Both the position numbers and the translations under genes were made by a program. From positions 1 to 64,000 of the forward strand of contig JAQGDQ010000526.1 of NCBI GenBank assembly GCA_030141605.1: DNA of 64,000 nt. Reading direction: 5' to 3'. The notes beneath the pieces are model-generated. The model made no database searches. It was not told where the DNA came from and saw nothing but the letters and a program-made list of their open reading frames with translations. Positions within the stretch are counted from its first letter, which is position 1, and each line of letters begins with the position of its first letter. This document shows, piece by piece, positions 22,183 to 31,957 of this stretch. Source of the stretch: Tubiluchus corallicola (lineage: Eukaryota; Animalia; Priapulida).

Positions 22183-23762
22183 CTCTGGAAAGACTTTTTA
22201 AACATATCAGCAAGACGGGTCTCTTCTTCTTTAGATAATGAGCAAGATTTCCAGTCCACTCTATCTGGCATATTCAACAGCGGTGGACTTGCGAGGATTT
22301 CTCTTCCAAACTGTAATGGGAATGACTTCTGAATTCTACAAAAATATTTTTCTCCCGTGTGAAGCTCTAAGAGAAAGTATGGAGAATCAGTTGGCAGCAC
22401 CTGTCTTAAATCAGTGCGAGACGGAATCTCCTTTAAGTCGATGCCCTGACTATCGGCAACATTTTGAATTGTTTCTTTTACCACTGGTTTCTTATCTATA
22501 GGATACGGCACGACTTGTATCTGCAAATGTTGAGTCTTATAGTTTCTTTCAAAAAACACGACAGCCTTATTCTGCTGAGCAAAAAAATCTACAACCACTG
22601 ACTTGTATCTCTCGATCTCTGAAGCAACGTCGTCAGGCAGTCGCACTGTAGACTGGAAATGCCCTATAGATAATATGAGAATGTGATCAGGAACAAGACC
22701 TCCTTTGGCCAGAGCAAGGTAAGAAGTCATGCCCACACTGACAACCAAATGTTTCTCAACCTCTTTGCCGCCCAGACAGAACCAGCAAGGACCTGACGGC
22801 GGTTTGCGCTTATTTGTTCCGGCTCCAATCTGATCACCTGAACGCTTATGTCCTTTTTGTGTTTCCATCGAAGCTTTAGTTGCGGTGTCGTAGAAGAATT
22901 GTGTCGCTGCAGGTACATTTGTTTCCACCAGTATACTCTTGTCATAAATATATGGACACTCAGTGACATCTAGTGGCTGTTTCACTAACTCCGCTCCATC
23001 GACATGTTTCATTGGGACCATATTAAATGCATACAAAAACTTTTTCCTTCCTAAATTACCAACTTGCGCTAGTCCAATAAAACGGGTCACATGCTGACTA
23101 GACTCAGCTAGTACTTTATGATTCCTGTAAGGTTGACGCTCATAATGAATTCCCTCCAACCCGGCAAAATGGTAACGAGGTTTCAGTGCAAGTGCTAACT
23201 GAGATATAATAGGGGAACCAAATTTTGCATCGTCTTCGAAATCACTTATAGGAGTGGCATATTTTGAAATGCTGCTAGGCCATGTTGATGTCAAAAAAAT
23301 ATCAACACCTTTGAATTTCAATCCCTGTGTAATAGTGAAAACGAAATCTCTTGCATCAGACACAGTAAACTGGAAACTTGCATTGCCATTGGTTTGCTCA
23401 ACACTTTTTTGTATTCCACTAAAATACGCCAACTTACAACCAGAACTCGAGGTAAACATACCCCGTTTTCCCAAATAAACGACGTTCTTGCAAACTTCTG
23501 CTTCGGAGATACTTTCATAAAATGATGCATGATCAGGCTGATTTGGACCAAGGATGTAAGTTGGAACAGTTACATCAATTCTCCCATGAAGCAGATCATC
23601 ATATTCGTCTTTTCGTTTCAAGCAAAAAAAGTTGCCAACGCACAATAGCATTTCAAAGGGACCACTTTTCTTATTGATGGTAGCAACGCGACTAAATAGC
23701 TGTCTAAACTGGCCTTCTACATCTCCACACACTAACACTTTAATGGATTTATCATTTGCCAT
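22161..23762 (-). CDS. CWF19L1: CWF19-like protein 1 (metallophosphoesterase-like + CwfJ C-terminal domains), single coding exon, 533 aa
   Basis: VLVCGDVEG, KKSGPFEMLLCVGNFF, LKPRYHFAG, YERQPYRNH, CWFCL..VEKHLVVSVG..YLALAKGGL..DHILI..IGH, FERNYKTQHLQIQVVP, FPLQFGRE. Confidence 0.95.
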   Translation of the reverse strand: MANDKSIKVLVCGDVEGQFRQLFSRVATINKKSGPFEMLLCVGNFFCLKRKDEYDDLLHGRIDVTVPTYILGPNQPDHASFYESISEAEVCKNVVYLGKRGMFTSSSGCKLAYFSGIQKSVEQTNGNASFQFTVSDARDFVFTITQGLKFKGVDIFLTSTWPSSISKYATPISDFEDDAKFGSPIISQLALALKPRYHFAGLEGIHYERQPYRNHKVLAESSQHVTRFIGLAQVGNLGRKKFLYAFNMVPMKHVDGAELVKQPLDVTECPYIYDKSILVETNVPAATQFFYDTATKASMETQKGHKRSGDQIGAGTNKRKPPSGPCWFCLGGKEVEKHLVVSVGMTSYLALAKGGLVPDHILILSIGHFQSTVRLPDDVASEIERYKSVVVDFFAQQNKAVVFFERNYKTQHLQIQVVPYPIDKKPVVKETIQNVADSQGIDLKEIPSRTDLRQVLPTDSPYFLLELHTGEKYFCRIQKSFPLQFGREILASPPLLNMPDRVDWKSCSLSKEEETRLADMFKKSFQSYDFNFD

Positions 23763-24955
23763 ACTAGTTTCTATATTTATCAGTTATAAGTACAAGTAAC
23801 AATTACTTGTAACTTTACTGTTGACAGCGAAAAAACTATTGTTTCTGGTAAAGGTGTTTGCTCAAAATTCTTCAAACTGCAAACTGTCTGTGACTTAAAT
23901 ATGAAAAAACTTTCATCTGAAGTTAACCACTCCACTTGAAAGTGTTGCTACGGGCACGGGACTATTTAGCCTAGAAAATAAAACATAATTTCTTTAAACA
24001 TTATTGTCCATTGTCCATAAGATCAGAGAAAAAAATCCATTTTTACTTGGAAGCATTAACGTTGTAAGAAATATTTCCGTAACAGTCCAAGGTGATTAAT
24101 AAAGCAACTAAAATTAGCAAATGACAACAAAATATTGTATACAATCCATCAAATTGGGTAGGCTCTGCCATACTCCATGAGGTATTTACTATTAAATTTT
24201 ATTTTATCAAATAATAATCCAAATGTGGCTGAACACCTCTGCTTGTCCAGTGTCTCAGCAGAGGGGTACTGGTTCCATCACAAGCATATACATTGAGCAA
24301 GCCCTGCTAACAGATGCTGACTATCAACCGAACAGTTTGCAAAATGTCAGACTGTATGGAAGAAGATTTTTCATCATGCTGTCTTCCATGCTATATATAG
24401 TTTGAAAATACAAGTTTTTTGCAACTGCAGTACTAGTTCCTAGCCAGAAAGATGAGTACAAGGTTATAAAATTATACGTTTTAGTATTTTTAAGCATTTT
24501 CTAGATAATTTGATGCTAGAATATAAAAGTCCAAAATATTTAGCATTTATTTTTTATAAAAAACAAAAAAAATGAATTTGACCAAATTTAGGTGCATTCT
24601 ACTTTGAAGCATCATAATGTAGTTTTGACCATACCCACTTATGGACGGTTTTGGTTTGCAAGCACACATATTCGTTTATGTTACCTCAATCAAACCATTT
24701 TCCAAGCTCAAACTAAACTGAAACTGAAAACAAAATGTATTTGTGATGCTGGATCTGGCTCTGGAGTCCAAGTTACGGAGATGGTGCCAACGGATGCAAG
24801 TGGAGATCCATGCATTTAAATTCTTAAATAAAACTCAATATATTTGTACCTAAAGAAATTACTATACAAATTGTAAGTCAGCAACAAAAATGCTGCAACC
24901 AAGCTTAACAAAAGATAATAATAAGTAACTGAAACAGTAAAACTAACAGATCATA

Positions 24956-25412
24956 TGTGTGCTTGCAAACCAAAACTGTCCATAAGTCGGCAGTTAGAAC
25001 TACGTTGTGATGCTTCAAAGTAGAATGCACCAAAAATGTGGTCAAATGTAAATTTTTTGTTCTTTATAAGAACAAAATTTCGTTAGAAAGATCTTACTGG
25101 ATTTAAACATAGCATCAGCGTATTCCTGCAAAGTCCGTAGCAACCAAACTTTGCACAGCTGCTAAGTGTTTTGAAATTGAAGATATGCAAAAAAAAACAA
25201 TGGCTAACTTTAACGGTGATTTTCTCAAGGGTATGTTTTTCAGTGCATAGCCTACACCTCAACTTTAACGTGGATTACCTCACCTTAGAAATAGCATAGA
25301 GCTATGAGCTTGGTATCAAAATGATCCTCATGAAATAGAGATTCAGGATATGTGAAAAAAGTAGAAAAGTTTAATTGCCGACTTATGGACGATTTTGATA
25401 CGCAAGCACACA
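24956..25412. mobile_element. TA-flanked MITE with ~41-bp imperfect TIRs
   Basis: TGTGTGCTTGCAAACCAAAACTGTCCATAAGTCGGCA / TGCCGACTTATGGACGATTTTGATACGCAAGCACACA; a second orphan end at 24638-24671. Confidence 0.75.
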
Positions 25413-25860
25413 TATTATGTGTTCATCCGTCGAAATACATAACACATACATCAAATGTTTCGCTCCTGAGCAGTCAATATTTAAAAAAAAACTGTACCTT
25501 ATGTTGGAGTTTAGGGCATTAGCATAAAACATTGCGAACACTGGTGAATTTTAATCAGTGCACTAAACATAGTGCTTACTGGCGATTATAACCTGCCAGA
25601 TGGTCGAACAAGTGTCACTGTCTACATGATTTAGAAGCAAAACTGAATTATAGCAAGCTTTATAGTGAACAGTGTATACGGATTAGGCCTAAGTAATACT
25701 AGTAATAGCAGCTGGGCGCTATTACACTTTCGCACCGCCTAGCTTTTTATAGGTTATTACTCGTTTTTAGGCTCGTAAGTCATCATTCTATTATTCTTAC
25801 GTCATCAGTGAATGTTTCCGCTAATCTAATTGTAATTTAATCTTATTTAGGCATAATTAC

Positions 25861-26271
25861 CAATAATTAGGCTGTATTCACAGTTCGACACAGTATCGCC
25901 ATCTTGTTTTGTGTGTGTGGTCACGTGACGAATTTCGTACTAGTTTATACATTATCAGGGCCTAGCTTAAAAGGCACGTGACACACTTTCATCTTCACCG
26001 CATTTACGAAATAAAGACAAAACCTTTACTTTTTTATAATCTAATAGTAATAATACTACAGTAATAAATAAAATTAATGATAAATAACTGTTCCGTTCCA
26101 GGCCCACCCGCGATACGATACAAACTCTCGTAGCTGCAACCCTAATAATCATAAATTATGCCAAGAAACTAAAAACACAGGTTAAGGGCCACAACGTCAC
26201 TGCGCGAGAGCGATTGCGCATCAGTGATGTAAACACGGTTATTCACGTGCAGCTTTTAATGGCGGCTGTGG
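25861..26271. promoter_or_regulatory. Putative bidirectional promoter with the divergent first exons of CWF19L1 (-) and TRIP4 (+)
   Basis: CpG-enriched. YY1-like CAAGATGGCG on - (25897-25906) and TAATGGCGGC on + (26257-26266). CACGTG at 25922, 25975 and 26244; TGCGCA at 26215. Outward-facing donors: GTAATT (-) at 25860 and GTAAGT (+) at 26272. Confidence 0.6.
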
Positions 26272-27419
26272 GTAAGTAATGCATGATTTTAATCTGGACT
26301 TATAAAGCGTACGCAGCAATAATGTTATGGGAATATGGTGTATATTACGCCTGTTGGTCTGCTTTCTGGCCTGCAGGCGTGAAAACAACCAATAGGCCAG
26401 GAAAAGCTAGGCGGTGCGAAAGTGTAATAGCGCCTAGCAGCTGTACTTTCACTCTTCTTCATTATCACCTTAATACAGAAAAGTCTAAAGCTTGACACTC
26501 TATCTACTTTTTCAGTCCTCGCGCGCAAAAGTATGTAAAAGCACCAACTAATTATTACTCTGATCTAATAATTATTATTGTTTAGTACAACGCGCTGGCA
26601 AAAAACTCTAGGAACTTTGCTTATGCGTCCGCGCGGCAATACGATCTATCTTCATTCGTTGTGTAGTCACTTGTTTCTGTGATAAACGATCGTGCTCGGC
26701 TATTTGTGCCTGGAGCTTCCTGTTGCAGCAGCATTTGCAACTGTTTAGCATTAGTGTTTCAGCGTAATTTTTTTAAACATTTTTTAAATCTAAATTTGTT
26801 TGTATATTGTATGAAATATGTCCTGTTTCTGAAAGACAAGCGAATTGATTCTAATATTAGAGAGGTTCTGATCTTGCTTGACAAACTGGTTGCAATTACT
26901 TGGTGAGGAAACTAAGGCAAGGGTAATGACTTCGTATCAGAGTGATAAATTGTGTGGAGCGCAGTAAGGTTGGTCCTGGTGATTTTGGTATCGGGAAAGT
27001 TTGCTACTTATGTACTACTAGGAATTTTTTACAGAGAAAATATGGTACTGGTAAGTGGTAAGCACTGGCGAAGTTTTGTCAAGCATTTTTGGTATAAGTA
27101 AATGTAGTACAACTACAAGGTAAAATGATACAGAACAAGTTTGGTACTAGGAAATTTTGGTATAGAGGAAGTTTATTATAAGGAAACATTGGTACTATGA
27201 AATGATCTTTTATGTAGCATACTCCAACAAGTTATAGAGGTCCATATTGATGCATTTGTTTTTGTTTAGTTTTTTGTTTGTTATTCATCATCATCTCCTA
27301 AAAAGGATTTTTTTGACGTACATGGCCCTGTTTATAGTTTGTCACTTGGATTGTCCCAAATTTTTCATTTTTAAAATTAACAGTCTCTTTTACTAATTAT
27401 GTTTTTAACCAGTTACTTA

Positions 27420-27536
27420 ATACTTAGGTGGCCTATCGTAAGTCCACTTCTTAGATCTATACTTAGGTGGCCTATCGTAAGTCCACTTCTTAGATCTATA
27501 CTTAGGTGGCCTATCGTAAGTCCACTTCTTAGATCT
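27420..27536. repeat. 39-bp exact repeat x3
   Basis: ATACTTAGGTGGCCTATCGTAAGTCCACTTCTTAGATCT x3. Confidence 0.95.
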
Positions 27537-29042
27537 CCTGTGGTTTTAGTTGAGTTATACTAATGGCATAACACAGTATTTTTAAAGCAAATTATTATTA
27601 CTCGTACTATGATGATTCAATGGAAATTCAAACAGGTATGTTAAGGCTTGGGTTCGAATCCTGCTTGAGTTAGGTTCTGCGAGTGTTTTATGTTATGTGA
27701 TAACACCACTATATTGCTGTGCTGTTCAGTAAATTTTTCATAACTTGTTGTTGTTGTTAGATTATACTGAATAAGTGTGATTTAAATTGTGAAAGATATA
27801 TATAGTACATTAATAAATGGGGATTATCTGTGCAAGATATAAGTGAAAACAAAGTAGATAAATTAAAAAAAGTTAAAATTTCAAGGAGCTGTTGCAGTTG
27901 AAAATCAACCGTGATTAAAAAATGCAAACAGGAAATTAAACATTGACAGGTGGTAAAGGTGGAATTTATCTGTATAAAATGAATGTGTCTTTCATCTTGT
28001 AAACTGGAACTTATTGATGTCAATTTGCTCACCAATTTGGTGAGAAGGATTGATGTTATGCATAGTTGAAATCTATGCATATAAATAAGCATTTACAGTT
28101 AAAATACCACAACTTTATTAAAACTTTTACATTACATAGCTAAAAAATCATGTGACTGCTGCCACAATCAGTGGTGAATTTTTGCAAACATACAAGCAGT
28201 TTATATAGGTCGAGCCAGCGGTTTAGAACATTATACACTAATTTTGTATTTAACAGAAACCAAATAGGTAATGAATAATCAGACCAGTAGAAAAGAAATG
28301 TAAATTAGAAGTGTTAATAAAGTTATGGTGTTTTAACTATCAATGTAATTAAGTGCCTGTAATAAAAAAAATTGACTGTAAGATAAAAATTGATTGACAG
28401 TGGTGTTGTTGTACTTATAAATAGTATGCTGTTCGTTAGGTCTTTTGCCCATTACATCTCATGAAAATTACGCTCATAGAAATCCTGTGTTTTTGCAAAG
28501 TATTGATAAAGTAAAGAGTTAAACTTTATTAGCTGATATGGCAGTCGCCAAGGCAGGCAGGCTATTCCGCTCATTTACTGTTGTCACAGGAGATGAATAT
28601 TAAGATGAGATTGCTCTTTAGAAAGTATTATACAGTAAACTCTGCGTAACTCAAAATGACATAATTCAAATTTTCACTTAACCCAAAGAATTTCAGCAGA
28701 ACGGATGAAATCCTTTGTTTTCCCCAAAAAAAAACATCACTTAACTCACAAATAAAAAACTTCGTACAACTCCAAAACAGTATCGTCTTCCGGAAAAATT
28801 CTGATGTTTTACAAGTCATTATAATTTGTTATTCTTTATGTAATTGTCATCAAGTCTCGTCATTTATGTTTAGAAGGGTTGACTTTCTGCTTTCTGTTTA
28901 AGTTTGCAATCTGGTGGAGGGGTTTACAGTTTCTGTGCAGGCAAATGGTCAACATTGTTTAACTCAAAGGTTTTTTTCAGTCTAGTTTGAATTATGTCGT
29001 TGCTAATCCTATTTGTATTTCGTTGCAGTGCTGAAATAAGTC

Positions 29043-30581
29043 ATGATGAAACCTGTGCAGCACAGTTTCATCAGCTGGCTATGTGACAAGTTTTCAAATT
29101 TAGAAATTCCCATGAATGAGGATATTGCACAATATTTGTTAAATATTGATAATGAAAGAGACTTGACGGAATATATTATTGATATTTTGGATGGAAAAGA
29201 AACTGATGAATGTTTTGTCGATGAATTAATTCGTTCTTGGAAAATCATTCGGAGCAAGGCAGTATTACCACCTTCTCATAAACAAGAAATGAAATCTACA
29301 CCTAGTGATCATAAGAAAAAGACAAAGTTTGTTTCATTGTATAGCCAAGAAGCTCTAGCCAAAGATGTTGTAATTTTGGCTGGCAGGCATAAATGTGATT
29401 GTCAGGCCACAAAGCACAAACTAATTAGTAACTGCGTTCGGTGTGGCCGAATTGTGTGTGAGCAGGAAGGTTCTGGGCCATGTTTGTTTTGTGGCTCATT
29501 AGTTTGCACTGAAGAGGAACAAGAAAAAATTAATAGTGGAACAAAAAAGGGAGAGAAACTTAGGCAGAGACTTTTGCAAGTTGGTGGAGCAGAAAAAAAC
29601 TTGGAACAGAGCAATGATGGTAATGATGAGTTCCTTCAGAAGGCCATGCAACGCAAAAATAAACTTTTGGAATACGATAAAACAAGTGCACAGAGAACCA
29701 AGGTCATAGATGACCAAGCTGACTACTTTGCTACTGACAGTAATCGTTGGTTAACGAAACAGGAAAAAAAATTGCTTACGAAGAAAGCCCAGGAATTGCA
29801 TGAAGAGAAATGCAAATCTCGACGTGATAGGAAGGTCACACTAGACATCGCAGGCAGGCGAGTTATAGATGAAGACGAATATTCTTTATTGGCATCCAAA
29901 AGCATGGCCGACACAATGCTGCAAAACCTTAACTCGCATTCTCAACAGATGTCAAAGGGGCCGTATACTCCCTGTGAGCTGAATGGCGATCTAGTAAACC
30001 CTGCTTTGGAGCATCAACCAATATTCATACCAAGTGTGTCAAGAAGTTCTAATGCTAAACCTGCATCACATGAAGAATCAACTCCTGTGACGAGAAGAAC
30101 ACTGTACAGGATTCAAGATAAGGAATTACAAGAAATGGGTGATGAAGGCTATTGTATGAGCCTTCATCAACCATGGGCATCGTTACTGATTAAGGGCATT
30201 AAAAAGCATGAAGGACGCTCTTGGTATTCGGCACACCGTGGCCGTTTGTGGATAGCAGCAACCGCGAAAGCTGTATCACCAGAAGAAATAAAAGACACTG
30301 AGTCGTTGTATCCAGACATTCCATTGCTAACATTTCCAGAGCATTACCCTGTTGGTTGCCTCTTGGGTTGTGTTAATGTTGAAGACGTGTTACCACAAGA
30401 GCAATACAGAGTCCAGTTTCCACATGGTGAATCAAATTCGCCTTACGTTTTTATCTGTGAAGCACCTCAGGAATTGTCAATTAAATTTCCAATTAAGGGA
30501 CAGCATAAGATATACAAACTTGAACCACAAGTACATATTGCAGCAAAGAAGTCACTAAAGGTTGTTAGCATAAACAGCTAG
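29043..30581 (+). CDS. TRIP4: Activating signal cointegrator 1 (zf-C2HC5 + ASCH domain), single coding exon, 512 aa
   Basis: EDIAQYLLNI..EYIIDIL; CDCQATKHKLISNCVRCGRIVCEQEGSGPCLFCG; KNKLLEYDKTSAQRTKVIDDQADYF; SLHQPWASLLIKGIKKHEGRSWYSAHRGRLWIAA. Strong acceptor (ctaat..ttgcag) at 29028; AATAAA at 30752. Confidence 0.95.
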   Translation: MMKPVQHSFISWLCDKFSNLEIPMNEDIAQYLLNIDNERDLTEYIIDILDGKETDECFVDELIRSWKIIRSKAVLPPSHKQEMKSTPSDHKKKTKFVSLYSQEALAKDVVILAGRHKCDCQATKHKLISNCVRCGRIVCEQEGSGPCLFCGSLVCTEEEQEKINSGTKKGEKLRQRLLQVGGAEKNLEQSNDGNDEFLQKAMQRKNKLLEYDKTSAQRTKVIDDQADYFATDSNRWLTKQEKKLLTKKAQELHEEKCKSRRDRKVTLDIAGRRVIDEDEYSLLASKSMADTMLQNLNSHSQQMSKGPYTPCELNGDLVNPALEHQPIFIPSVSRSSNAKPASHEESTPVTRRTLYRIQDKELQEMGDEGYCMSLHQPWASLLIKGIKKHEGRSWYSAHRGRLWIAATAKAVSPEEIKDTESLYPDIPLLTFPEHYPVGCLLGCVNVEDVLPQEQYRVQFPHGESNSPYVFICEAPQELSIKFPIKGQHKIYKLEPQVHIAAKKSLKVVSINS

Positions 30582-31472
30582 AAAAAATTAATAGCGGAAC
30601 GAAAAGGATGGATGGAAAACTTGGGCAGCGGTTCTTACAAGTTGGTGTAGTAGGAAAAAAAACTAGAACAAAGATGGTGATGATGATGATGATATGATGA
30701 CGATGATGATGAAGCCAATTCCTTCAAAAGGCTATGCAACTTTTTTAAACCAATAAAACATTTTACTAATTTAATATTTCCAAACAAATAGCAAAATGTG
30801 ACTTATATTTTTAAATTGTAAGTATTGGTAAAAATTAAAAAAAAACAATCATGTTTGTTTGTTAGTGGCAGTTTGTTTTGCAAGTTTGCAGATTTTTAGC
30901 AAAATTCTCATACATGTACATGTTTATGAAATATTTACACACATGATTCAGCATATTACAGCATTCCTTGGCACTACTAATGTTAAATTAGTTTGGTATT
31001 GGCAGCACAGAACTTTGATCATTATCAAAAATACTAATTAAGTCCTACAGGACAAGATACTGAACAGACAAATCCAAATGTATATAAACATACCCCTCAG
31101 TGTGATAGATACATAAAGGAAATTCGGTAGATAAAACTTGCTATTGAATGCATTTGTCTGTTAACTAATCGGTGATTTTTCACTTCTTGTTGTCACAACT
31201 TGTCCTAAAATGCAACGAAGCTGAGTTTAGGACTTTTAATTTGGATGTATACTATGATGACTTGGTGCGTATAGCAGTGAGCAAAGTTCTGAAATGCGAG
31301 TGAGCATAGTGTCTTTGTGAAAATGTTGAAATATTAAAATTTTATAATGTGCTCTTTGTAACTGTAGCCAAAACTTGCAAAAAAACAGTACACATAAATT
31401 CATGTTGCCATTATAATTTACATAAATGTACATGCACTGCACTTGTTTTTTACCAATACATTGGAGTACTAG

Positions 31473-31957
31473 CAGTGGTGTAGCTAATAAGGGAGCAACT
31501 GCTACCCCCGAGCACATTTTTTTTCAAAATTGGCACCTTTTTAACAAGTTTTTAACTCTATAGGTCACTTGTGCGATAGAAGTCGAACCTTCTTTATATT
31601 TTTTTTTAAATCTTGGCCTATGGAAGAATTTTCTGCTGCCATTACTTTATTTGAACACCCTCCCTCTGATGTTTTAGACAACTCATTTGTCAAGGTTGAC
31701 TGACTTGAGCAAAAGATGAAATTGCCTCAAATTTGAGATTTATGAGCTTACTATAAAACTTTTTACTGTTTTTTAATTTTAAATACAAAATAACAGTTAT
31801 GTACTTTCTTTAAAACCGTATCTTCCTCTTGTTTTGATTTTAAATACAGAATTAAAAATTTTAATGTGTAATCAACCCGTTAAAAATTGTTTGATATGTG
31901 TCACGACACCTTTTTTATGTACTTGCTTTCCCATCTTTAAAACCTGGTACGCCCCCG
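31473..31957. mobile_element. hAT-type MITE
   Basis: CAGTGGTGTAGC..GTACGCCCCCG; TSD AGTACTAG/CGTACTAG. Confidence 0.55.

Noticed and set aside
24220-24392. snoRNA/scaRNA candidate on - in the CWF19L1 leader intron (ATGATGA, CTGA, terminal hairpin + ACA)
   Set aside because: No H box (ANANNA), the box order fits no known class, and no convincing guide lies next to a D box. An Infernal/Rfam scan would settle it.
27420-27536. CRISPR-like 39-bp repeats
   Set aside because: No spacers, no cas genes, eukaryotic context.
27645-27670. GGTTCGAATCC B-box (also GGTTCGACTCC at 35765)
   Set aside because: No cloverleaf around it; SINE relic at best, not a tRNA.
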